From Octopus sinensis (taxonomy: Eukaryota): a stretch of DNA of 12,057 nucleotides. The stretch is from positions 1 to 12,057 of the forward strand of contig NW_021826670.1 of NCBI RefSeq assembly GCF_006345805.1. The letters are read 5' to 3'. The notes beneath the pieces were generated by a model. The model had not been told where the DNA came from and ran no database searches. It saw only the letters and a list, made by a program, of their open reading frames with translations. Each line of letters starts with the position of its first letter. Within the stretch, counting starts at the first letter, position 1. Of the stretch, positions 1 to 9,267 are shown one piece after another. Position numbers and translations under genes: made by a program.

Positions 1-177
1 GCCTCATTGTGCTTTAAAAAAAAAAAAAGAACAATGTTTTAGAGAAGCGAAAGTCGGCGGGCGCTTTCGTCTTCTCCCATCCTTATCATCCTTGTATTAT
101 CATCATTCATCCCATTAATGTCTGTGTCCAGCCCTCAAGCTTCTCTGTATGCTGCCCTTGTGGAAAATTTAATGAAA

Positions 178-342
178 TAAAGAAGCTTGCTTTCCAACCA
201 TATGGTTCCTTGTTCAGTCTCCTGTGTGGCACTTTGGGCAGCTGTCTTCTACTATAGTCTCGGTTCAGCCAAAGCTTTTTGAATGGATTTGGTAGATGGA
301 AACTGAAAGAATCCCATCGTATACAATTATATATTTATGTGT
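178..342 (+). mobile_element. SINE family A, 5' part (tRNA-related head plus body, ending in its internal TA/TG microsatellite)
   Basis: TAAGAAGCTTGCTTTCCAACCATATGGTTCC...GGATTTGGTAGATGGAAACTGAAAGAA aligns by eye to the copies at 1145-1553 and 9014-9180. Confidence 0.85.
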
Positions 343-409
343 GTGTGGTCTGATCAATAAGTATCCGGACTGTTGCTATAGTGATGAACCTAAAGCCTAC
401 AGAGTGACC

Positions 410-489
410 ATGACGGAGAAAGTTGAGCAGAGAATCTGCTTCAAATTTTGCCAAAAGCTTGGCGACACCTGCTCAGTGGCCTACGCAAG
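410..489 (+). pseudogene. Mariner transposase N-terminal fragment (first HTH region)
   Basis: Translates to MTEKVEQRICFKFCQKLGDTCSVAYA, matching the typical mariner N-terminus EQRxCIKFCxKLGxS/T. Confidence 0.8.
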
Positions 490-490
490 G

Positions 491-917
491 TTTTCAAAAA
501 GTTTTCATCGTTCTCGACACAATCAAGGAGATCTTGTGCAACTGAAACCCGAGTGTCTTTTTGGTCAGCTGAAAGCAGTTTTGGCACAAACTTGGCAGAC
601 ACGCTTCTTGTATCCAAATCTTCAGTGATAATGGACTGAACTGAACCGTAACTAATTTGCACATCCTCTGAAAACTCACGGATGGTGATTCGATGATTTC
701 CCTTCTCGGCTGCACGCACATTTGCGTTGTTTATCTCAGATCTTCTGGTTGCGGGTCTCCCAAAACATTCGTCAATATCAACATTTTTTCTGCCATCTTA
801 GAAACGTCTGAACCACTCATACGCTTGTGTACGGTTCATACACTCCTCTCCATACACTTTCATCAATTTTGCGTGGGCCTCAGAGCACTGTATCGATATG
901 ACAGCTTTCGCTATCAT
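491..917 (-). pseudogene. Mariner transposase N-terminal half, disrupted
   Basis: Minus strand reads SEAHAKLMKVYGEECMNRTQAYEWFRRF*DGRKNVDIDECFGRPAT...NHRITIREFSEDVQISYGSVQSIITEDLDTRSVSAKFVPKLLSADQKDTRVSVAQDLLDCVENDENFLKTL. It contains GRP and WVPxxL-like (FVPKLL) motifs, an in-frame stop at 798-800, and ends before the catalytic domain. Confidence 0.9.
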
Positions 918-1144
918 GGTCAATGTGACGATCACACGCTACACACATTTCTTCCAAACACTGCTGTAAACAGCAGAAATGAAGTTAAGCGTTAAAACTT
1001 AGTGCACATGCACAGCATAGTTCAAGGGTAATTTTTGCCAAGTGGCTTCACTCTGCGTGTTTTAGCTTTGTTACTATAGCAACAGTCCGGATATTTATTG
1101 ATCAGACCGCGCATATATATTATATATATAGTGGCTGTGGGTAA

Positions 1145-1553
1145 GGCGCAGAAGTGGCAGTGTGGTAAGAAGCTTGCTTACCAACCACACGGTTACGGGT
1201 TCAGTCCTACTGCGTGGCACGTTGTGCAAGTGTCTGTTTCTATGGCCTCGGACCGACCCAAGCCTTGTGAATGGATTTGGTAGACGGAAACTGAAAGAAG
1301 CCTGTCGTATATATGTACATATATATGTGTGTGTGTGTGTGTGGGGGGGGGTTGTGTGTGTTTGTCCCCCCAATATAGATTGACAATCCATGCTTGATTG
1401 TTTACATTCCCGTAACTTTGCGGTTCGACAAAAGAGACAGTTAGAATAAGTACTAGACTTACAAAGAATAAGTCCTGGGGTCGATTTGGTCGACTAAAGA
1501 CGGTGCTCCAGCATGGCCGCAGTCAAATGACTGAAACAAGTAAAAGAATAAAA
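1145..1553 (+). mobile_element. SINE family A, near full length
   Basis: Head GGCGCAGAAGTGGCAGTGTGGTAAGAAG with a B-box-like GGGTTCAGTCC. Internal (TA)/(TG) tract at 1307-1360. 3' tail CCAGCATGGCCGCAGTCAAATGACTGAAACAAGTAAAAGAATAAAA is shared with other copies in the window. Confidence 0.9.
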
Positions 1554-1555
1554 CG

Positions 1556-1643
1556 ATATATACTTATATTATATATACCCTGTATGGGTATATATATATA
1601 TATAGATATACATACACCACACACACACACACACCACCACACG

Positions 1644-1681
<38 letters not shown>

Positions 1682-1692
1682 ATATATATATA
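1556..1692. repeat. Compound (TA)n/(CA)n microsatellite
   Basis: Directly visible. Confidence 0.95.
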
Positions 1693-1724
1693 TTCATTTT
1701 TACTTCCGCTATACCCCAAGCTCG

Positions 1725-2223
1725 CCCCTCCTCGTTTTATCCTCCCTCTCTCTCTCTCTCTTTCTCTCTCTCTCACTCTCTCTCTCATCTTTCTTACTCT
1801 ATTCACCTACCTGCTCCACCTCCTCCCACTCTTACTCGTCTTCCTCCCACTACCTTTCTAGCTTATCCACTCCTCTTCTCTCTCTCTCTCCCAAGCTTAC
1901 CCATCGCCCATCTTTCCGTTTTTCTTCTTTAACCCACTCTCCCTTCACCTTATTCCCTCCTCCCATCCCGCACTCTCCTACTAGTATTTATCTCCCTGCT
2001 TCATCTTTTCTCCCTCCCTAAGCTCACTTCTCCCTCCCTAAGTCACCCACTGCTCTCCTTCCCTCCCTCCATCTTCTCATCTAATGCCTATTTCTCTTCC
2101 TTTCACTCAAAGTCATCTAACCCGAACCCTAACTACCGCTTTCTCTTTATCTCTCTAATTCTCTAGTTTAATTAACTCGAGCTAACCCAACTCTCTCTCT
2201 CTCTCTCTCTCTCTCCCTCTTCC

Positions 2224-2259
<36 letters not shown>

Positions 2260-2260
2260 A
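1725..2260. repeat. Polypyrimidine low-complexity tract with (CT)n runs
   Basis: (CT)n at ~1746-1786, 1878-1890 and 2191-2255; strongly C/T-biased strand. Confidence 0.9.
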
Positions 2261-2299
2261 AGTCTCACTTTTTCTCGTTCATCCAACCATTTCTCTCAC

Positions 2300-2710
2300 T
2301 TTCTCCGCATCTCGTCAAGCTTAGCCTGTTAGAAATTGCGACCAAATCCATCTCAAACCACATTGTACAGCCCTGGGAAAAGAAGCAAAGCATAAATGTG
2401 GCCATAGAAAAAGAAAGAATGGTCCCAACTGGAATCTCTTTGATCGTTGGTCTGGCTGTACCAGAGCTGACATGCAGATAAAGAACCTCACCTCTCTGAC
2501 TGTCTCTCTCAATCTTTGTCTCTCCGCATCTCTCCAAGTCATGGTGGATTGGAGAGCTAGAAGCAGTCAAACCTCCTTCAAAGCACGCTGTACCGTCGTA
2601 GGAAAAGACAGGGTAACCGTGGCCCCAGGGAAAGGCGGGAAGTTCATAATTGGAATACTTTTGATCGTAGGTCGTGCTCTATCAAGGATCACCAGGAGCT
2701 GCTCAGCAAC
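2300..2710 (+). mobile_element. Two tandem diverged copies of dispersed repeat family D
   Basis: Each copy starts near TCTCCGCATCTC (2302, 2521) and carries a CTAGAAATAGCAGCCAAAT-like motif (2328-2347, 2557-2572) and a TGGAAT..CTTTGATCGT.GGTC motif (2430-2452, 2651-2673). Confidence 0.65.
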
Positions 2711-3159
2711 TTCCACCTTTCTCTCATTCTCTCTTCCACACACACACACTCTCTTTCTCTCTTGATCATTCAACTGTCTCTCAAACATTCTATCCTCCTT
2801 CTCCCTTCTGTGGCAGTCAGATGTGTATCAATGAAGTACGAAGGGAGTTGAGGAAGGGGTCGACATAATAAATAAACTGTAAGGGCCACCCACCCTTGAA
2901 CGGCCGGCTGACAACTGTGTGACAAGTCAAGCGAGAGAGAAAGAGAAAGGGAGTAAGACAGAGAGAGAAGTAAGCGGAGAAACAGGGAGATAGAGTGAGG
3001 GGAGAAGGGGCAAAGGCACTGACCTTACAGGTGTTGACAAATGAGTATTTCAGGGAGAGAAGGTTCTCAATTGTTTCCCCTTCTCAGCCCGCTACACCTC
3101 GATGCCCTTCCCTAAAAACTACTGACAGGGCACCCTCTCAGTCTCTGTTTCTCTCTGTC

Positions 3160-3255
3160 GCTCTCTCCACCCTCCCTCCCTCTCTCCACCCTCCTCCCTC
3201 TCTCCACCCTCCCTCCCTCTCTCCACCCTCCCTCCATCTCTCTCTCTCGCTCTCC
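3160..3255. repeat. (CCCT/CTCTCTCCACCCTCC) pyrimidine minisatellite
   Basis: CTCTCTCCACCCTCC repeated about 4 times. Confidence 0.85.
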
Positions 3256-3499
3256 AACACTTTTAATTAACTACCGTCTTCCAACACATACCTACAATCA
3301 TACACACACTCACCCTTCCATCTTAACACACACACACACACACTCGGGCACATGCGGGCACACACAGTCACATCCACTGACGCAAACCCGTTTACACTGC
3401 TCTTTCGATCACGCTCTTGCCTACCCAAACAAACACACCAACAGGCTCACACGGCTGCTTCAACACAGATACACGCAAATACCTCGTCATACATATCCT

Positions 3500-3591
3500 A
3501 CACACACACACACACACACATACACACACACACACAAACACACACGCACACACACAAACACACACACAAACAAACACACGCACACACACAA

Positions 3592-3622
<31 letters not shown>

Positions 3623-3759
3623 AAACACACACAACACAAACACACACACCACACACACAAACACACACACACACAAAGACACACACACACACACAAACAC
3701 ACACACAAACCACACACACACATACAAAAACACACACAAAGACACAAACACACACACAA

Positions 3760-3826
<67 letters not shown>

Positions 3827-3833
3827 AACACAT

Positions 3834-3914
<81 letters not shown>

Positions 3915-4004
3915 CACACACACAGACACACATGCAAACACACACACACAGACACACACACACACAAACACACACACACAAACACACCCACAAACGCATA
4001 CACA
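3500..4004. repeat. Long (CA)n microsatellite punctuated by CAAA
   Basis: Directly visible. It explains the overlapping THTH/CVCV ORFs. Confidence 0.97.
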
Positions 4005-4104
4005 AGAGATTCTCCGTCGGTTTCGACGACTACTAACTATACAGTTGTTTAATCAACTTCTTTCACTCCATCCATATCGGCTCCGTTTGAGTTGGCAAAT
4101 ATTC

Positions 4105-4245
4105 GAAGGTTATCCAACCATGACAATCCTTGCAGAAAAATGTACCGCAGACTAAATCATTCTAAATGTTCTCCTGTTAAAACAGCTGAGTGAGATTTAA
4201 AAGCAATTTGACTGCTATTTCTAGAATATGGACCTACCACCTAGC
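4105..4245 (-). mobile_element. Dispersed repeat family D, diverged copy
   Basis: ATTTGACTGCTATTTCTAG (about 4206-4224) is the reverse complement of the family motif. Confidence 0.55.
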
Positions 4246-4307
4246 TGCTCCCTCGTTCGCTTGCTTTCCTTTTATATTTTTTAACGTTTTTTCTTCTTTT
4301 TTTTACC

Positions 4308-4522
4308 TTTTACTTGTTTCAGTCATTAGACTGCGGCCATACTGGGGCATCGCCTACACAATCTTAGACGAAGAATTTTAGCCCAGCACTTTTAGTTTTC
4401 TAAGTTTGGCACTTATTCCATTGGTGTCTCTTGCCGAACCGCTAAGTTACGGGAAAGTAAACAAATCAATACCGGTGTTCAAGCGGTGGAGGGTGGCACG
4501 AACACACACGCGCAAGCGAGCG
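4308..4522 (-). mobile_element. SINE family A, 3' half (interrupted copy)
   Basis: TTTTACTTGTTTCAGTCATTAGACTGCGGCCATACTGG...GAACCGCTAAGTTACGGG is the reverse complement of the tail of 1145-1553. Confidence 0.85.
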
Positions 4523-4848
4523 CTGGTACTCCGTCGGTTACGACGATGAGTATCGAAGTCGATCCGATCAACGGAACAGCCAGCTCGTGAAATTAATATG
4601 CAAGTGGTTGAGTACCCCACAGACACGCGTACTTTAATGTAATTCTCAGAAGAGATTCCGCGTGACGCAGAAGGTGACAAGGCTCGCCCCCTTGAATTAC
4701 AGGTACCACTCATTATTGCCAGCTGAACAGACTGGAGCAATGGGAAACAAAATGTCTTGCTCAAGGACACAACGTGTCACCGGGATTTAAACTCAACACC
4801 TTACGACCATGAGCCGAATATCCTAACCACTGAACCACTCGCCTTCAC
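4523..4848 (-). mobile_element. tRNA-derived SINE family B, near full length
   Basis: Minus strand GTGAAGGCGAGTGGTTCAGTGGTTAGG (A-box-like) and GAGTTTAAATCCC (degenerate B-box), followed by TGTGTCCTTGAGCAAGACA, a motif common in SINE central domains. Confidence 0.75.
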
Positions 4849-4873
4849 ACACACCTTTACACACATATACACC

Positions 4874-4908
<35 letters not shown>

Positions 4909-5236
4909 TCACACACACACACACACCTTCACACACATATACACCTTCACACACACACACACCTTAGCACACACACCTTCACACACACACACCTTCACAC
5001 ACACACCTTCACACACAAACACACACACCTTCACACACACACACACACCTTCACACACATATACACCTTCACACACACACATACCTTAGCACACACACTT
5101 TCACACACACACACCTTCACACACACACACCTTCACACACAAACACACACACCTTCACACACACACACACCTTCACACACATACACCTTCACACACACAC
5201 CTTCACACACAAACACACACACCTTCACACACACAC
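4842..5236. repeat. Minisatellite of CCTT(CA)n units
   Basis: About 20 units of ACCTTCACACACAC with variable CA length. Confidence 0.95.
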
Positions 5237-5254
5237 GCGCGCACTCACACACAC

Positions 5255-5400
5255 ACGACGAGCTTCTTTCAGTTTCCGTCTCCCAGATTCTCTCACTAAG
5301 TTTTGCTTGACCCCTGGCTACAGAAGAAGACACTTGTCTTAAGTGGTAGTCGGTGGGATTGAACCCGGAACCACGTTTTACGGAGCATCTTAACTACACA
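5255..5400 (-). mobile_element. SINE family A, 5' half (partner of 4308-4522)
   Basis: CGACGAGCTTCTTTCAGTTTCCGTCT...AGAAGACACTTG...GTGGGATTGAACCCGGAACCAC is the reverse complement of the family A head and body. Confidence 0.8.
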
Positions 5401-5409
5401 TTTCTGTTC

Positions 5410-5617
5410 TTGTTATTGTTGATGTGTCAATACTGAACAAGAAAACCTATGTTCAAAGCCGTTCCAGTCGCGACCCACATGTCTTTCATTCAGACATTAA
5501 ATTGAGAACCACATAATCCAACGTATTCTTCCATCCTTTAAGACAGCAAGATGCGGTATGAGGGTGATCTGGCTGCTATTTCCAGCAGATCACGCAACCA
5601 CATAAAGATTTCATCTA

Positions 5618-5650
<33 letters not shown>

Positions 5651-5812
5651 AAATTTATCTCCCACTGAAGCCTTGATCAGGGAGACCAATATTTAAAGAC
5701 ATTCCAGATGTGACCATTCTGCCTTTATATTTTTCAGATTTCAGATTTCAGATAACGTTCATCAGGAAAATGTATCCTTCTTTTAAAATTTGGCTGCTGT
5801 TTTTAGCAACTG
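5410..5812 (-). mobile_element. Two copies of dispersed repeat family D separated by (TAG)n
   Basis: ATCTGGCTGCTATTTCCAG (5567-5585) and ATTTGGCTGCTGTTTTTAG (5788-5806). TTCCAG..GTGACC motifs at ~5462-5475 and 5702-5717. (TAG)n at 5618-5650. Confidence 0.6.
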
Positions 5813-5850
5813 ACCATTTTATCATTTTTAAGTCTTATTTAAGGAACCGA

Positions 5851-5947
5851 AATGGCAGAAATTTTACCAAACGTGCCAAAACGCTGAGCTGCATTGCTTT
5901 CGTTTCTTTGCGTTCCCAGTTCAAATGCCGCCGAGGTTGACTTAGCC
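5851..5947 (+). mobile_element. SINE family C, diverged 5' fragment
   Basis: TGGCAGAAATTTTACCAAACG...AGTTCAAATGCCGCCGAGGTTGACTT is homologous to the head of the adjacent minus-strand copy. Confidence 0.7.
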
Positions 5948-6172
5948 ATTACTGCCCACAAGAGGCTAAACACAGAGGGGACAAACAAGGATAGACAAAC
6001 GGATTAAGTCGATTATATCGACCCCAGTGTGTAACTGGTACTTATTTAAATCGAACCCGAAAGGATGAAAGGCAAAGTCGACCTCGGCGGAATTTGAACT
6101 CAGAATGTAACGGCAGACGAAATACGGCTACGCATTTCGCTCGGCGTGCTAACGTTTCTGCCAGCTCACCGC
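5948..6172 (-). mobile_element. tRNA-derived SINE family C, full length
   Basis: Minus strand GCGGTGAGCTGGCAGAAACGTTAGCACGCC...TGAGTTCAAATTCC (B-box)...GCCTTTCATCCTTTCGGGTTCGATTTAAATAAGTACCAG (resembles the Meta/MESC-type SINE domain, from memory)...CCTCTTGTGGGCAGTAAT. Confidence 0.85.
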
Positions 6173-6179
6173 ATTTCTG

Positions 6180-6447
6180 AGAGATATATATTGAAAGGCA
6201 TTCCGGCCGTGGCCATCACTTCTTTTAGGAATATCTAAGACTACACTAACATGTCCTGTTTTTAAAGATGTTTTTCTTTAGCTCCAGCTTAGACTTGATT
6301 AATTAAAAGCAGACCATCAATGACCATTCCGTTCTTTTTCCCCCTAGTGTATCAGGAACCTACATGCTCTTCTTTTAAGACAGCAGACTGCAATTTGAGG
6401 GAGACAGAGCTGCTATTTCTAGCATATCGAATGATGACATAGAAGCT
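6180..6447 (-). mobile_element. Two further family D copies or fragments
   Basis: AAAGGCATTCCGGCCGTGGCCATC (6195-6218) and GCTGCTATTTCTAGC (6409-6423). Confidence 0.55.
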
Positions 6448-6459
6448 CTTTCGCTGGCT

Positions 6460-7416
6460 TGGTTAGTAGTGGTGGTTGTGGTAGTGGTATGGTGTTGAGG
6501 TGGTGGTATGGTGTTGATGGTAGCAGTATTGTTGTTGTTGATAGTGATGGTAGTGATGGTGGTAGTGAGATGGGAAAGAGGGATGATGCTGTAGTTGACG
6601 TTGTTGTCATTGACAACATTATCGTTTGCTGTTGGTAGTTATAACGTTGCTGTGGCTGAGGTTGTAGTTTTGGTGTTGTTGCTGATGACGGCGGTGATAA
6701 TAGTGATGGTGGTGATTGTGGTGGTGGCGGTGGTGGTGGTGGTGACGGTGACGTAGTTGTGGTGGACGTTATTGTTGTCAACATCGTCTTCGTTTTTGAC
6801 AGTGGTGACGTTATCGTGGTTGACGCTGTTGTTGACATTATTTGTCGTTGTTGTCCATGTTCTTTGAGACAACGTGGTCGATGACGTTGTTGTTGTTGTT
6901 GCTGCTGCTTCTACTACTACTGCTGCTGTTGTTGTTGTAGTTGTTGTTGCTGCTGTTGTCGCTTCTGATATTACAGTTGTTAATATAGAGATGGTGGCGG
7001 TGACGTTATTGTGGTTGACGTTTTTATTGACGCTGCTGTCGTTTCCCGTGTTGTGTTGGCGACATTATTATTATTGTCCGTTATTTTTGAAGCTGTCGTC
7101 AGCGGCAACTTCGTCGTTGTTGACGACAAATGTTGCTGTCGACTTGACAGAGTTACTATCTTTGTCGTTGTTGTTGACGATAACATTCTTTCAATCTTTG
7201 TTACCATTGCTGTTGTTGTTGTTGTTATTGCTAATGTTAATTCTAACACTATTGTTGCGATAGATGTCGCTGCTCTTGACATTGTTGTTATTAGTGACAT
7301 TGCTATAATTGTTATCTTTGTTATTGTTTGTTGTTGTAGTTGTTGTAGCTATTGTTGTTGTTGTTGTAGTTGCTGCTGTTGTTCTTCTTCTTCTTGTTGT
7401 TGTTGATGATGATGAC
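6460..7416. repeat. Degenerate trinucleotide low-complexity tract (GTT/GGT/GAT/GCT)n
   Basis: Directly visible. It generates poly-V/T/L/N pseudo-ORFs in several frames on both strands. Confidence 0.92.
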
Positions 7417-7711
7417 ATTGTCCGTTTCTAGTTAAGGGTGTGGAATTACTGTCAATCATTCGGGGTGGGCATACAACGTTAGTTAAAAAGTAGTTGAGAT
7501 CTCGTGAGCTTCTCTAAAAAACACATCTGACACCCGCCACCTTTTCATGACGGGTAAGTGTCTAAGCTTCACCTACCATCGTGCCACCCGACCACACTTC
7601 ACCCCGAGTATTACAATAACCACCGTTGCTAGGATCATTACGAACACACCACCATCACCACTAACATACAGCACCGTGTGAGAATTTGAACTAAGAAGGG
7701 TAGGATGTGCC

Positions 7712-7905
7712 ACTATGTGGTCAGGTGATGCGCTAGAAATAGCAGTTAAATTTCTCTTCAGTCGTACCTTACAGTTTTGAAAAATGATATCTAACATAAT
7801 AGAATCTGGGAAGGATTATATACATGACACTTGAAAAAAGATGGAATGGTCACGGCTGTTATGTCTTTCGTTATAGGATTGCTTGATCAGGGGGTTTAAG
7901 CAACA
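7712..7905 (+). mobile_element. Dispersed repeat family D copy
   Basis: CTATGTGGTC...GCTAGAAATAGCAGTTAAAT...GAAAAAAGATGGAATGGTCACGGCTG...TGCTTGATCAGGG. Confidence 0.65.
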
Positions 7906-8059
7906 CCGACCACAGCCAAAAATTAGCTGCCAATGTGTTAAGGAAGAATCACCAAAAACCATTTCCCCACCAACACCCACACCAACATAGCCAGACATTC
8001 ATAGCGACCCGGGCTATACTCGATGTATATGAGTGCAGAGTATTTTTGTTTACTGATAT

Positions 8060-8170
8060 GCACACACGCACACTCACACGTACACACGCACACTCACACG
8101 TACACACGCACACTCACACTCACACATGCATGCTCATACAAACTTAAACACAAACAAACATACAAACATA
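8060..8170. repeat. Degenerate (CA)n microsatellite
   Basis: Includes a tandem of CACACGCACACTCACACGTA. Confidence 0.9.
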
Positions 8171-8310
8171 CGAGGTGGTATAAAAAAGTTTCCGGACTAA
8201 TTCTGTAGCGCGCCAGCAGATGGCAGCATACGGCTGCGTGCTTAGTGAGAGCTAGCAGTGACCTTCATGGGGCAGCGTGCCGAGTAACATCGCTGTGTTT
8301 ACTTTGCAAG
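8171..8310 (+). mobile_element. Solo mariner-like terminal fragment
   Basis: TA|CGAGGTGGTATAAAAAAGTTTCCGGACT is a typical mariner TIR start after a TA and resembles the TIR at 347 (shared AAGT.TCCGGACT). No partner TIR was found. Confidence 0.65.
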
Positions 8311-8311
8311 C

Positions 8312-8786
8312 AATTACGGAGGAACATCGAGTTAACTTGCCAAAGTCACTGTGTGACGCGGCTTATCACCAAAAGAGTTAATTAAATCATTTTTATTAAC
8401 AGAAATGTGATTCCATTTACTTGAACATGCTGTGACTTTCTATCTCACCAAGCATTCAAGAAGACTTTGGAGATGTGGAGTTTTATTCCCAGCAAGATGG
8501 GGATACCCACCACACAAACACAGACATGAAAGGCACTTTTTTAATGCAATTTTGCCAAAATTGTCGAATGAACGAACCTCCCACAACTAGACTTTTCTTC
8601 AAGAGGATACTAAAAATATAAAGTTTACGGCACAAAATCTGTAGTAGTCGACGAATCGAGGGCATTGAATGAGAATGCACAATAACATTGAAAGAAATGT
8701 CCCATGATGTTTATGATTCCATTACATTCTGTTATCGACAATGTCCGTAGCAGAACAGACATCAGTTTAACAACAGGTGCTCATAA
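8312..8786 (+). pseudogene. Decayed IS630-Tc1-mariner (Tc3-like) transposase catalytic/C-terminal region
   Basis: Frameshifted translation: EEHRVNLP/VTV*RGLSPKELIKSF...YLNML...IQEDFGDVEFYSQQDGDTH...LDF..GY*KYKVYGTK...QNRHQF. This matches the VxVWCG, FQQDGAPPH, LDFFLWGYLKxKVY and GxHFE motifs. Confidence 0.75.
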
Positions 8787-9013
8787 AAAAAAAATTAATA
8801 TTCTACTTCATTTTAAAAATCAAATACCATTTTTCTGACGCAGTCTTTACAATCATTCAATGTCTGTTTGCATCGTTTTCACTCGCCCTGGATATTCACA
8901 TTCTATTTTTTATTCAAAAAAAAGAAAAAAAAACTTTTAAGCAATTGATATTTTTTTCAGAAAATCTTTCATCAGATATTGTGGTTGTATCAAGTATTTT
9001 TCGTGAAAACATA

Positions 9014-9180
9014 TGTAGACGTGGCTGTGTGGTAAGAAGCTTATTTCGCAACCACATGGTTCTGAGTTCAGTCCCACTGCGTGGCACGTTGGGCACGTGT
9101 CTCCTATCATAACCTTGGGCCAACCGAAGCCTTGTGAGTGGATTTGGTAGAAAGAACTGAAAGAAGTCCATTCTATACAT
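9014..9180 (+). mobile_element. SINE family A, 5' half
   Basis: GTGGCTGTGTGGTAAGAAGCTT...AGTTCAGTCCCACTGCGTGGCAC...GGATTTGGTAG. Confidence 0.88.
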
Positions 9181-9183
9181 TAG

Positions 9184-9267
9184 GGGCAGATGTGGGTGCG
9201 TGTGTGGTAAGAAGCTTGCTTCATAACCACATGGTTTCGGGTTCAGCCACACTGCGTGGCACCTGGG
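9184..9267 (+). mobile_element. SINE family A, head only
   Basis: GTGTGGTAAGAAGCTTGCTTCATAACCACATGGTTTCGGGTTCAGCCACACTGCGTGGCACCTGGG, truncated at the next element. Confidence 0.85.

Larger units (their letters stand above)
343..1112. mobile_element. Non-autonomous rearranged mariner-like DNA transposon with terminal inverted repeats
   Basis: 347-382 GGTCTGATCAATAAGTATCCGGACTGTTGCTATAGT is the reverse complement of 1073-1108 with 1 mismatch in 36. The inverted similarity extends to 407/1048. Transposase remnants lie inside, and TA/TG tracts flank it. Confidence 0.9.

Noticed and set aside
296-628. 110-aa ORF as an intact gene
   Set aside because: Chimeric read-through of SINE, TIR, a 26-aa transposase piece and antisense transposase.
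1572-1594. Hairpin TATATACCC-TGTAT-GGGTATATA
   Set aside because: Mostly self-complementary TA repeat; only 3 informative pairs.
3352-4155. Long ORFs (267, 211, 203, 172, 159 aa)
   Set aside because: They are translations of a (CA)n tract, open in nearly all frames, with no protein-like complexity.
4842-5236. CRISPR-like regular repeats
   Set aside because: The spacers are just CA runs, the context is eukaryotic, and there are no cas genes.
5730-5770. CTGATGA...GAAA on the minus strand
   Set aside because: No stem II or stem I pairing, and it lies in a family D copy with a short TTTCAGA tandem. Chance match.
6419-7418. Mucin-like or hydrophobic ORFs
   Set aside because: Degenerate trinucleotide repeats give overlapping ORFs on both strands. 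No splice or domain evidence.
8950-8978. CTGATGA...GAAA on the minus strand
   Set aside because: A/T-rich context with no consistent helices.
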